Assembly (NCBI GenBank): GCA_026125625.1
Contig: JAHCKU010000001.1
Coordinates: 1 to 28,506 of the forward strand
Source of the DNA: Burkholderiales bacterium
GTDB lineage: Bacteria > Pseudomonadota > Gammaproteobacteria > Burkholderiales > SHXO01
Length of the DNA stretch: 28,506 bases
Direction of reading: 5' to 3'
The notes below the pieces were generated by a model. The model had not been told where the DNA came from, made no database searches, and saw only the letters and a list, made by a program, of their open reading frames with translations. Numbering within the stretch: position 1 is the first letter of the stretch; the number at the start of each line of letters is the position of its first letter. The translations under genes were made by a program, and so were the position numbers. Below are positions 20,080 to 28,506 of the stretch, one piece after another.

Positions 20080-22050
20080 ATGAAAACAGCAAAAGCCTCC
20101 CGGGCGATCAGACTGTGCGGCACCGAACAGCCGGACGTCGTCGGCCGCATCCTCAAGGCCGGCCCGTTGAGTGCGGAATTCGACAACGGCAATCTGCGCT
20201 ACCTCAAGGTGGCAGGGGTGGAAGTGCTGCGTGCGGTGGCCTTCCTGGTGCGCGACGAGAACTGGGGTACCTACGTGCCCACCTTGAGCAACCTGCGCAT
20301 CGAGCAGCGCGCCGACGGCTTCACCGTGCGCTACCACGCACGCTGCGCCGGCGACGGCATGGAGATCGCCTACGATGCCACCATCGAGGGCAAATCCGAC
20401 GGCAGCCTCGAGTTCACCGGCACCGCCGTGCCCAGGACCGATTTCCTGACCGCACGCACCGGCTTCGTGATCCTGCATCCGCTCAAGGGCGTGGCCGGCC
20501 ACGCAGTGGAGGTGGAGCACGTCGACGGCAAGATCGAGAAGGCGAAGTTTCCGGAGCGCATCAACCCGATCCAGCCGTTCCTGCACATCCGCTCGCTCAC
20601 GCACGAGGTCATGCCCGGTCTCAAGGCCACGGTGCGCATGGAGGGCGACACCTGGGAGATGGAGGATCAGCGCAACTGGACCGATGCCTCCTTCAAGACC
20701 TACGTGCGTCCGCTCGCCCTGCCCTGGCCATACACCTTGAAGGCGGGCGAGAGCGTGCGGCAAAGCGTGAAGCTCACGCTCAGCGGCGCGCTGCCGGCAG
20801 CCGGCGCGCGCGCTGCGGACGCGGTGCTGCAGGTGAAGCTGGGCGCGCCGATGCGCCAGAGCATGCCGCCGCTCGGACTGGGCATGCCGGCAGCGGAGAT
20901 CGGGCACGCCCTGCACAATCTCGATCTGCTGCGCCTTGCGGCACCAAAAACGCTGGTATGTCACTACGACCCGCGCGAGAAGCCCGGCAGGCAGGCTCTG
21001 TACGGCTACCGCGTGCTGTGCGAGCAGATCGATGCGCAATGCCTGCTCGAGGTGGTGGTCGAGAGCGCCGACGGTTTCGCCGAGGAGTTGCGCAACGTCG
21101 CGCAGGCGGTGCGCGAAAGCGGGCTGAAGCCGGCCTCGGTGGCGGTGGTGCCGGTGGGTGATCTCAAGTCGGTGCTGCCCGGCGGAGGACGTCCGCCGGC
21201 GCCGCCGCTCGATGCGCTGTACGCAGCCGCCCACGCGGCTTTCCCCGGCGTCACCATCGGCGGAGGCATGTTCTCGTTCTTCACCGAGCTGAACCGCAAG
21301 CGCCCGCCGGCCGAGCTGCTGGACTTCGTCACCAACACCACCTGCCCGATCGTGCATGCCGCAGACGATCGCTCGGTGATGGAGACGCACGAATCCCTGC
21401 CGTATCAGATCGCCACCGCGCGCGCGTTTCTCGGCAAGACGCCGCATCGTGTCGGCCCCAGTGCCATCGGCTGCCGCGACAATCCGCACGGCAAGACCTT
21501 TCTGCCCAATCCGGACAATCAGCGCATCTGCCTGGTACGCATGGATCCACGCCAGCGCGGCCTGTTCGGTGCAGCCTGGACGCTGGGCTTCCTGGCGACG
21601 CTGGCACCCACCGGCGTACAGGCGCTGAGCATCGGCGCCGCCACCGGGCCGCTGGGCATCATCTATCGCAGGAACGACTATCCGCAGCCGTACTACGACG
21701 ACCTCGCCGGGTCCGCCGTCTATCCCGTGTTCCACGTCATCGCCGGGCTGACCCGCGCCGCGGGAGCCAAGCTGGTGTCGGTCACCTGCAGCGACGACAG
21801 CGCACTGCGCGCGCTGGCCTACAAGGCGAAAGGCGCGACCCTGCTGTGGGTTGCCAACGTCACGCCGCAGCCGCGCAGCATCGAGCTGGCGCATGCGGGC
21901 GGCGCCACGGTGGCGGCAATGCTGGACGAGAACAGCTTCGCGCAAGCCACGCAGGATCCGCGCGCCTTCCAGCAGTCATGGCAGGAGGTGAAAGGGAACC
22001 GGCTTGAGCTGAAGGCGTACGCGGTCGCCATCGTATGCATCAACGACTGA
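20080..22050 (+). CDS. apnL: D-apionate lactonase (ApnL)-like protein
   Basis: N-terminus GPLSAEFDNGNLRY...LRAVAFLVRDENWGTY, WEMEDQRNWTDASFKTYVRPL, FTELNRKRPP, HAADDRSVME and DPRQRGLFGAAW, recognised as the ApnL family. Size about 656 aa fits. Substrate not proven. Confidence 0.72.
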   Translation: MKTAKASRAIRLCGTEQPDVVGRILKAGPLSAEFDNGNLRYLKVAGVEVLRAVAFLVRDENWGTYVPTLSNLRIEQRADGFTVRYHARCAGDGMEIAYDATIEGKSDGSLEFTGTAVPRTDFLTARTGFVILHPLKGVAGHAVEVEHVDGKIEKAKFPERINPIQPFLHIRSLTHEVMPGLKATVRMEGDTWEMEDQRNWTDASFKTYVRPLALPWPYTLKAGESVRQSVKLTLSGALPAAGARAADAVLQVKLGAPMRQSMPPLGLGMPAAEIGHALHNLDLLRLAAPKTLVCHYDPREKPGRQALYGYRVLCEQIDAQCLLEVVVESADGFAEELRNVAQAVRESGLKPASVAVVPVGDLKSVLPGGGRPPAPPLDALYAAAHAAFPGVTIGGGMFSFFTELNRKRPPAELLDFVTNTTCPIVHAADDRSVMETHESLPYQIATARAFLGKTPHRVGPSAIGCRDNPHGKTFLPNPDNQRICLVRMDPRQRGLFGAAWTLGFLATLAPTGVQALSIGAATGPLGIIYRRNDYPQPYYDDLAGSAVYPVFHVIAGLTRAAGAKLVSVTCSDDSALRALAYKAKGATLLWVANVTPQPRSIELAHAGGATVAAMLDENSFAQATQDPRAFQQSWQEVKGNRLELKAYAVAIVCIND

Positions 22051-22083
22051 CAGCCTGTTGCAAAACTACCATCTCTCCATTCC

Positions 22084-23223
22084 ATGACCATTGCCAGTAT
22101 CGAAGACCTGCGTCTGCTTGCCAGACGGCGATTGCCGCGTGCTCTGTTCGACTTCATCGATGGCGGCGCGCAGGACGAGGTGACCTTGCGACGCAACCGT
22201 GAGGACTTCTCGCGCCTGGCCCTGGTGCCGCGCGTGCTCACCGACGTATCCGAACGCGACCAGTCGGTCACCGTTTTCGGGCAGAAGCTGCGCTCGCCGC
22301 TGATACTCGCGCCCACCGGTCTGCCGGGCGTGCTGTGGCCGGACGGTGCGGCTGCAGCGGCACGGGCAGCGGACGAAGCCGGCGTCGGCTTCTGCCTGAG
22401 CACGATGTCGACCTCCAGCATCGAGGACATCGCCAAGCTGTCGCGCCAGCGCACCTGGTTCCAGGTCTACGTCATGCGCGACCGCGAGCTCACCCGCGAC
22501 ATGATGCAGCGAGCCAGGGATGCACGCTGCTCCGCGCTGGTCATCACCGTGGACCTGCAGGTGCAGGGGCAGCGCGACCGCGACGTGCGCAACGGCCTGA
22601 CCATGCCGCCGCGACTGCACTGGTCCAGTCTGCTCGAGTTCGGGCTGCATCCTGGCTGGCTGTGGCGCTACGCGACCGGGCCGAAGCCGACCCTGGCCAA
22701 CTTCATCGGCGCGGGCAAGGGCACGGACATGATCACCATTGCCGGCTTCGTCAACTCGCAGTTCGATCAGTCGGTGACGTGGAAGGATATCGACTGGGTA
22801 CGTTCGGTGTGGGACGGCCCGCTCGCCCTGAAAGGAATCACCTCCGCCGAGGATGCGAAGATCGCTGTCGCGCACGGCATCGACGGCATCATCGTCAGCA
22901 ACCATGGCGGCCGGCAGCTGGACGGATCCCCGTCGGCCATCTCGGCGCTGCCCGAGATCGCCGATGCGGTGCAGGGCCGCGCCCAGCTCGTTCTGGATGG
23001 CGGCGTGCGCCGTGGCAGCGACGTGCTCAAGGCGCTGTCGCTGGGTGCAGCCGCGTGCATGATCGGACGCCCATTCCTGTATGGGCTGGCCGCGCTCGGC
23101 GGGGCGGGCGTGAGCAAGGCGCTCGAGCTGCTGCGCAACGAGATCGACGTCAATCTGGCATTGCTCGGCCGTGCCGGCGTGGAAGAACTGGACGCAAGTG
23201 CGGTAACCAGGGTTGCGCGCTGA
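22084..23223 (+). CDS. FMN-dependent alpha-hydroxy-acid oxidase/dehydrogenase (LldD/mandelate dehydrogenase family)
   Basis: FDFIDGGA, APTG, WFQVY, ITVD, SNHGGRQLD, DGGVRRGSD, GRPFLY. Confidence 0.93.
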   Translation: MTIASIEDLRLLARRRLPRALFDFIDGGAQDEVTLRRNREDFSRLALVPRVLTDVSERDQSVTVFGQKLRSPLILAPTGLPGVLWPDGAAAAARAADEAGVGFCLSTMSTSSIEDIAKLSRQRTWFQVYVMRDRELTRDMMQRARDARCSALVITVDLQVQGQRDRDVRNGLTMPPRLHWSSLLEFGLHPGWLWRYATGPKPTLANFIGAGKGTDMITIAGFVNSQFDQSVTWKDIDWVRSVWDGPLALKGITSAEDAKIAVAHGIDGIIVSNHGGRQLDGSPSAISALPEIADAVQGRAQLVLDGGVRRGSDVLKALSLGAAACMIGRPFLYGLAALGGAGVSKALELLRNEIDVNLALLGRAGVEELDASAVTRVAR

Positions 23224-23331
23224 TGCCCGGCGTCGATTGCACGGCCGGGGCTGCATGCAGATTTCCAACAACAGAGGCGGCAGCCGATCATCGACCGGTG
23301 CGATGACGCGCACAGCTGCGGGGGAGAATGA

Positions 23332-24633
23332 ATGGATGCGTCCCATAGGCGGGTGATCCTGGCGTCGGCAGTCGGCTCGGCGCTCGAGTGGTACGACTTC
23401 TTCATCTACGGCATGGCCGCCGCACTCGTCTTCGGCGACCTGTTCTTTCCCCAAGCCGATCCCGGTGTGGGCACACTGCTCGCCTTCGCCACCTTCGGCG
23501 TCGGCTTCTTCGCACGACCGTTCGGCGGCCTGGTCTTCGGCCGCCTGGGAGACCGCATCGGACGCAAGCCGGTGCTGGTCATCACGCTCATGCTGGTGGG
23601 CGGCGGCACCTTCCTCATCGGGCTGCTGCCGACCTACGAGTCGGTAGGGTTGTGGGCCCCGGTCATGCTCGTCGTGCTGCGCCTGCTGCAAGGCTTCGGC
23701 GCCGGCGCGGAATACGGCGGCGCGGTGATCATGGCGGTGGAGCATGCGCCGCCCGGCAAGCGCGGGCTGTTCGGCAGCTGGGCACCGATCGGGGTGACGG
23801 TCGGCAACTTGCTCGCCGCCGGCGTGTTCGCAATCTTCTCCTCGCTGCCGACAGAGGATTTCCTGGCCTGGGGATGGCGCATTCCCTTCCTGCTGAGCGT
23901 GGTGCTGATCGCCTTCGGCTTCTACATTCGCGCCAAGGTGGCGGAGACGCCGGTGTTCAGCGAGATCGCCGCAAACAACAAGGCGGCACGCTCCCCGGTC
24001 AAGGAGGCACTGCGCAAGCACCCGCGTGAATTCCTGGTGGTGGTCGGCGCACGACTGGCGGAGAACGGGCTCGGCTATCTGTTTCCGGTGTTCACCCTGA
24101 GCTACATGACCCAGACGCTGGGGATGGACAAGAGCATAGTGCTGGCCGGCATCATGAGCGCGCACGCGCTCTCGCTGATCACCATCCCGTTGTTCTCCAC
24201 CTTGTCCGACCGCATCGGGCGCAGACCGGTATACATGGGTGCAGCGCTGTTCTCGGCGGCCTGGGCGATTCCGTTCTTCCTGCTGGTCAACACCGGCACG
24301 CCAGTGCTGGTGTGGTTCGCCCTGATCCTGGCGATCTCGGTGGGTGTGTGCGGCATGTTCGGACCGCAGGCGGCGTACTTCGCCGAGATGTTCGGTGCCC
24401 GGCTGCGCTACACCGGCTTCGCGCTCGCGCGCGAGCTCGGCTCCATTCTGGCCGGCGGGCCGGCGCCGTTCATCGCTGCGCTGCTCCTGACGTGGTGGGG
24501 CGGTGCGCCGTGGGGCGTGGCCGGCTACATCATCGTGCTGTCGCTGATCACCGCGACCGCCGTCTACTTCGGCCCGGAAACCTATCGCGCCGACATCACC
24601 GCCGAATCGAACTCCGACGATAGAGCACGATAG
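23332..24633 (+). CDS. MFS transporter, metabolite:H+ symporter (ShiA/MHS) family
   Basis: LEWYDFFIYG, FGRLGDRIGRK, RLLQGFGAGAEYGGA, SDRIGRR. Confidence 0.93.
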   Translation: MDASHRRVILASAVGSALEWYDFFIYGMAAALVFGDLFFPQADPGVGTLLAFATFGVGFFARPFGGLVFGRLGDRIGRKPVLVITLMLVGGGTFLIGLLPTYESVGLWAPVMLVVLRLLQGFGAGAEYGGAVIMAVEHAPPGKRGLFGSWAPIGVTVGNLLAAGVFAIFSSLPTEDFLAWGWRIPFLLSVVLIAFGFYIRAKVAETPVFSEIAANNKAARSPVKEALRKHPREFLVVVGARLAENGLGYLFPVFTLSYMTQTLGMDKSIVLAGIMSAHALSLITIPLFSTLSDRIGRRPVYMGAALFSAAWAIPFFLLVNTGTPVLVWFALILAISVGVCGMFGPQAAYFAEMFGARLRYTGFALARELGSILAGGPAPFIAALLLTWWGGAPWGVAGYIIVLSLITATAVYFGPETYRADITAESNSDDRAR

Positions 24634-24644
24634 GATTTCCGGGG

Positions 24645-24728
24645 TGTCATCCCTCTGATGTCATCCCACTGGTGTCATCCCGCCGGTGTCATCCCGCCGG
24701 TGTCATCCCACTGGTGTCATCCCGCCGG
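24645..24728 (+). repeat. Six tandem 14-bp units TGTCATCCC-N5
   Basis: Units start at 24645, 24659, 24673, 24687, 24701 and 24715, with tails TCTGA, ACTGG, GCCGG, GCCGG, ACTGG, GCCGG. Confidence 0.95.
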
Positions 24729-24805
24729 TGTCATCCCGAGCGCAGCGAGGGATCTTGCTTTCGAGTCGGCTAGGGAAAAGATTCCTCGCTGCGCTCGGAA
24801 TGACA
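24729..24805. repeat. REP/REPIN-type inverted repeat (27-bp arms, 23-bp spacer)
   Basis: TGTCATCCCGAGCGCAGCGAGGGATCT ... AGATTCCTCGCTGCGCTCGGAATGACA, lying between convergent genes. Confidence 0.9.
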
Positions 24806-24950
24806 CCGTTGATGCTTGCGTTCTGGATGACGCCGTTGACGCTTGCGTTCTGGATGACGCCGTTGACGCTTGCGCTCTGGATGACGCCGTTGACGCTTGC
24901 GCTCTGGATGACACCGTTGACGCTTGCGCTCGAGATGACATCATTGACGC
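24806..24950 (+). repeat. Five tandem 27-bp units plus a partial copy
   Basis: CCGTTGAYGCTTGCGYTCTGGATGACR-like units starting at 24806, 24833, 24860, 24887 and 24914. Confidence 0.95.
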
Positions 24951-24994
24951 CAATGGCCTCATCTGGCCATTGGCTGCAAAGGTCCAGGTCGCAA

Positions 24995-25474
24995 TCAGGC
25001 GCGACGGGCCTGCTTGCGCAAGTGCCCGCCGTACAGCGCGGCAGGGATGACCAGGATATTGCCGATCAGCCGGTAGGCGAGCGGATAGGTGGCGGAGGTT
25101 TGCGCCAGCATGAGCTCTCCGAACACGAGCACGGCAATGCCGGTGAGCAGCGCATGGTAGTACTCGCGTTCTCCGGCCACGCGCGCCGCCACGTAGCCGC
25201 CGAGCACGGTGCAGGCCAGTCCCGCCAGCAGCGACAGCAGGACATAGCTGCCGGAGGCGAGCAGCGCCTGCTCGAGATCCTCGGCCGAAGCCCCCTCCCC
25301 GACCAGGCGGCCGCCGATCACGGTGACCAGCAGCAGCCCGGCAACCATGGTGGCGGCGATATCGGCCACCAGGCCGGAGCCGACCGCCCGCACCGTGCCA
25401 GCCCAGCCGGGCGGCGTGCGGCGCGGCGATGACCGGTCGGCGGCAGGCATTTCACGCGGATCGTCGTCGTTCAT
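24995..25474 (-). CDS. Hypothetical integral membrane protein (about 4 TM helices)
   Basis: Hydrophobic segments including LLAGLACTVLGGYVAARVAG; fills the gap between flanking genes. Confidence 0.7.
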   Translation of the reverse strand: MNDDDPREMPAADRSSPRRTPPGWAGTVRAVGSGLVADIAATMVAGLLLVTVIGGRLVGEGASAEDLEQALLASGSYVLLSLLAGLACTVLGGYVAARVAGEREYYHALLTGIAVLVFGELMLAQTSATYPLAYRLIGNILVIPAALYGGHLRKQARRA

Positions 25475-25646
25475 CAGGGTCGTTCATGGGACGAAGTGGG
25501 GAGACCACAGGGGGCCGGGCGCAGATTATCGCGCGCTTCGGGGAAATGGCGGGCGGATGTCGTCTCAAGTTCATCATCGGTGCCGCCGTTAGTCCGGCAC
25601 ATGTACGTACGGCGCACGCCTGCCCTGCCCCGGAGTTGCCCATCGC

Positions 25647-26036
25647 ATGAACCCGTTTCTCTCCTCTGTCATGGCCGTGGCTGCCACGGTCGCGATCGCC
25701 GGATGCGCAGGCGACACCGATCCGGGAACGACTGCCGCAATCGGTCAGGTCCGGGCACTCTACGTCGAGCGCTCACCGGGCGTATTCATCGACCATCGCA
25801 TGCCGGTCGACAGCCTGGACAATGCCCGCTGGGCAGCGGTGGCCCTGCGCCAGCCGCTGCCCGATGGCGGCAGCTTCGCCACTGCCCGCATCGATCCGGA
25901 CACCGCCGTCGAGGTGGGGGATACGGTGGAACTGGAGCTCGGCCCACAGCCGGCACGGGTGACCGCGGTGCTGGTCAAGCGCTCGCAGCGCGCCGCCGCG
26001 CCCCTCAATCTGAAGGGACCGCGTTGGGCGAGCTGA
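25647..26036 (+). CDS. Hypothetical lipoprotein (paralog 1)
   Basis: Lipobox IAG-C at residue 20; beta-rich; aligns with the product of 26146..26529. Confidence 0.7.
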   Translation: MNPFLSSVMAVAATVAIAGCAGDTDPGTTAAIGQVRALYVERSPGVFIDHRMPVDSLDNARWAAVALRQPLPDGGSFATARIDPDTAVEVGDTVELELGPQPARVTAVLVKRSQRAAAPLNLKGPRWAS

Positions 26037-26145
26037 AGCGTGGGCAAGGCATATCCGTGATGCGCTGGTCCAACCCTTGCTCGCGCGAGCTTCCGATCTC
26101 GAATCCGGACCATCGATCCTCGCCATCCCTATCAAGTCGCGCATC

Positions 26146-26529
26146 ATGAAGAGCGGTCTCACCCTGCTTGCCTTGTCGTTCGCCGTCCTGTTGTTCCAGG
26201 CCTATGCCCGCACCGAACGCCTGAGCGAGGCGGTGCACGTGGGAAGCGTGGTGGCGATCTTCGACGAGGTGAGTCAGGGCATCTACGAGCCCCGCGGCGC
26301 CGACGGCGCCCGCAGCGGCCTGTCTTCATGGGCGCACGTGCGCTTCTCCACGCCGCTGGTGGATGGCCGCATCTTCGCAGTGGCCAAGCTGCCGGAGGGC
26401 CTGGAAGTACGTATCGACGACGCCGTCGCCGTGCGCTTCGGCGATGCATCACCCGACAGCATGCTCGACGCCGGATTCAGCACCATCACCGGCGTCCTGG
26501 GACGCGATCGCCCGCTCGCCCTGCGCTAG
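26146..26529 (+). CDS. Hypothetical exported protein (paralog 2)
   Basis: Signal-like MKSGLTLLALSFAVLLFQAYA; shares motifs with paralog 1. Confidence 0.7.
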   Translation: MKSGLTLLALSFAVLLFQAYARTERLSEAVHVGSVVAIFDEVSQGIYEPRGADGARSGLSSWAHVRFSTPLVDGRIFAVAKLPEGLEVRIDDAVAVRFGDASPDSMLDAGFSTITGVLGRDRPLALR

Positions 26530-26601
26530 CGGGTCTGTCGAAAATCTGCTGCACTAGGCTGACACTCGGGAAGCACTTGTTCAGCGCTTCCGGAGGTTGC
26601 A

Positions 26602-27369
26602 TCAGCGACGCATCGCGGTGATCTGCATCGACAAGGCCGACTGCAGCAGCCCTGCGTCGGTGCCGAAGCAGATCATGCGAAACCCTCTGGCCAGATACTC
26701 CTTGGCGAAGGCTGCATCCGGCGCCGCCGTGCCCAGCACCTTGTCATGGCGCTGCGCGGCCGCCGCGATGCGCTCCACTGCCGCCAGATAGACCGGATCG
26801 TGCACCTCGCCCGGCACGCCGAGGAAGCTGGACAGATCGAGAAAGCCGATGTAGATCGAGTCCACGCCCTCGACTGCTGCAATGGCTTCGACGTTCTCCA
26901 CACCGACCTCGGTCTCGACCTGCAGCATGACGAAGCAGCGCTCGTTCGCCGCCGCCAGCTTCTCGCGCGCGTTGCCGCCGCCGTAGTCGTCGTGCGCCGC
27001 ACCCAGCACCGCGCCGCGCCTGCCCAGCGGTGGATAGCGGGTCCATTTCACGATTTCGCGTGCCTGCTGCGCGCTCTCCACCATCGGCACCATCACGCCC
27101 AAGGCACCCATGTCCAGCACGCGGGCGATGAAATGGTACTGGCCGGTCGGCACGCGCACCATGGGCGCGATGTCCACGCCCCGGCAGTAGGCGAGCTGCT
27201 GCTTGATGACATCGATACCGGCGCCCGAGTGCTCCATGTCCAGCAGCACGAACTCGGCGCCGGCGACCTTGGCGATCTGCGGCAGGCCCGGCGTGAAGAA
27301 CTCGAACGCGAACAGGCCGAAGCTGGTGCCGCCGCCCAGCAGCTTCGCCTTGAGTGGATTGGGACGCAT
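26602..27369 (-). CDS. HpcH/HpaI class II pyruvate aldolase family protein
   Basis: DMEH, VRVP, PMV, RYPPLGRRG, QVET, GFLDLS. Confidence 0.92.
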   Translation of the reverse strand: MRPNPLKAKLLGGGTSFGLFAFEFFTPGLPQIAKVAGAEFVLLDMEHSGAGIDVIKQQLAYCRGVDIAPMVRVPTGQYHFIARVLDMGALGVMVPMVESAQQAREIVKWTRYPPLGRRGAVLGAAHDDYGGGNAREKLAAANERCFVMLQVETEVGVENVEAIAAVEGVDSIYIGFLDLSSFLGVPGEVHDPVYLAAVERIAAAAQRHDKVLGTAAPDAAFAKEYLARGFRMICFGTDAGLLQSALSMQITAMRR

Positions 27370-27417
27370 ATGGCTCCGATGGAAAGCTGTGGGTTGCAGG
27401 GAGGCTCCGGAGCTTCT

Positions 27418-28200
27418 CTAGGGCCGTGCCGCCAGTTCCTGCAGCGGCTGGATACCCTGACGGATCGCTCCCTGCAGCAGCATCGCATCCACGCCCACGG
27501 CGAACATGCGAAAACCTTTGGCCCAGTACGCACGGCTCCACTGCTCGTCCGCGGTCATGCACGCCAGCACCTTGCCATGCTTGTTCGCCGCAGCCACCAG
27601 CCGGTCGATGGCTTCGACATAGCGCGGATGATCGAACTGCGCGGGGATGCCGAGAAAATTGGTCAGGTCGAAATGGCCCAGCCACAGCACGTCCACGCCG
27701 GGCACGGCGGCGATCGCATCGATGTTGCGGATGCCCTGCTCGGTCTCGATCAGGCACATGACCAGCGTGCGCTCGTGCGCCATGCTGATCTTGTCGGCCA
27801 CGCTGCCGCCCTGGTAATCGTCGTGGGCGAAGCCGAAGGCTGCACCGCGCCGGCCCTGCGGCGGATAGCGCGTGCACGAGACGATGAACTGCGCCTCCTC
27901 GGCCGAGCCGACCATCGGTGCCATCACGCCCATGCAGCCGACGTCCAGCGCGCGCGAGATGTAGTGATACTGATTGGCAGGCACGCGCGCCATCGGCACC
28001 ACACCCACGCCGCGCGCCATCTCACACTGGGCCTTGATCGCCTCGTAGCCGGTGCCGGCATGCTCCATGTCCATCAGCAGGAACTCGGCACCGGCGGCGT
28101 GCACGATCTGCGGCAGGCCGGGCACCAGGAATTCCCAGCCGAAGGTGCCGAACACCGGCTGGCCGGCGAGAAGCTTGGATTTGACTGGATTGGATCGCAT
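27418..28200 (-). CDS. HpcH/HpaI class II pyruvate aldolase family protein (paralog)
   Basis: DMEH, ARVP, PMV, RYPPQGRRG, LIET, GHFDLT. Confidence 0.92.
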   Translation of the reverse strand: MRSNPVKSKLLAGQPVFGTFGWEFLVPGLPQIVHAAGAEFLLMDMEHAGTGYEAIKAQCEMARGVGVVPMARVPANQYHYISRALDVGCMGVMAPMVGSAEEAQFIVSCTRYPPQGRRGAAFGFAHDDYQGGSVADKISMAHERTLVMCLIETEQGIRNIDAIAAVPGVDVLWLGHFDLTNFLGIPAQFDHPRYVEAIDRLVAAANKHGKVLACMTADEQWSRAYWAKGFRMFAVGVDAMLLQGAIRQGIQPLQELAARP

Positions 28201-28319
28201 GTGACTCCGATGACAGCTGTGTTTGTTGAGGAGGCTCCGGCGCTTCTGTAGCAGCCCGTTGAAAAACGAGCATCGCCCAAGCGGGCATCAGCCCCACGCA
28301 GCAGTATTGCAACAGTCTG

Positions 28320-28506
28320 CTATCTGTGCCATTTGCCGCCCCAGGCAGCATGCCCCAGCGCATCGGTGTTGACCACGTGCGCCGGGCGTCGGCCCTGCGC
28401 GAGATCCACCGCCGACTTGAACGCACTTTCGCCGAGCAGGCGCATGCACTCGTCGGTATGGCACACCGCGTGCGGCGCGACCAGTACGTTGTCGAGCGCG
28501 AGCAGC
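28320..28506 (-). CDS. D-isomer-specific 2-hydroxyacid dehydrogenase family protein, C-terminal fragment (5' end beyond the window)
   Basis: Manual translation LLALDNVLVAPHAVCHTDECMRLLGESAF...GRRPAHVVN...stop contains the NVxxxPH motif. Absent from the ORF track. Confidence 0.75.
   Translation of the reverse strand, partial: LLALDNVLVAPHAVCHTDECMRLLGESAFKSAVDLAQGRRPAHVVNTDALGHAAWGGKWHR

Noticed and set aside
24645-24950. CRISPR array
   Set aside because: Units are contiguous with no unique spacers, the left units are only 14 bp, and there are no cas genes.
24658-25050. Repeat-protein ORFs (VDACVLDDA repeats; also 24686..25432 and 24717..24962)
   Set aside because: They arise from in-frame 27-bp repeats and a REP between convergent genes and have no RBS. 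Probably spurious.

Overview
GC-rich proteobacterial chromosomal window (probably Betaproteobacteria-like; this is inference from gene content) packed with small-molecule uptake and catabolism genes. These include a hydantoinase/oxoprolinase-family gene, a secondary transporter, a PhyH dioxygenase and a secreted SMP-30 lactonase facing a divergent IclR; an orphan Tat-exported ABC binding protein; a frmA-pseudouridine synthase-fghA-TIM barrel run; a second PhyH; a secreted cyclase; a 2-keto-4-pentenoate hydratase; a sugar ABC operon continuing into an ApnL-like lactonase, an FMN alpha-hydroxy-acid oxidase and an MFS transporter; two unknown paralogous exported proteins; tandem HpcH/HpaI aldolases; and the 3' end of a D-2-hydroxyacid dehydrogenase. 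The standout is a complete 1141-bp IS621-like IS110 element (7014-8154). It sits at the tip of a REP-like hairpin, and its 5' non-coding end can be decoded by eye as a bridge RNA. Its guides match the insertion target (CCCGCCT-CT-CA) and its own circle junction (ACGGTTG-CT-TG), and a sigma70-like promoter forms only on circularisation. A second REP-type palindrome (24729-24805) has 14-bp and 27-bp tandem arrays on its two sides. Three genes carry indels that may be sequencing errors. All product calls come from motif recognition; no database searches were run.
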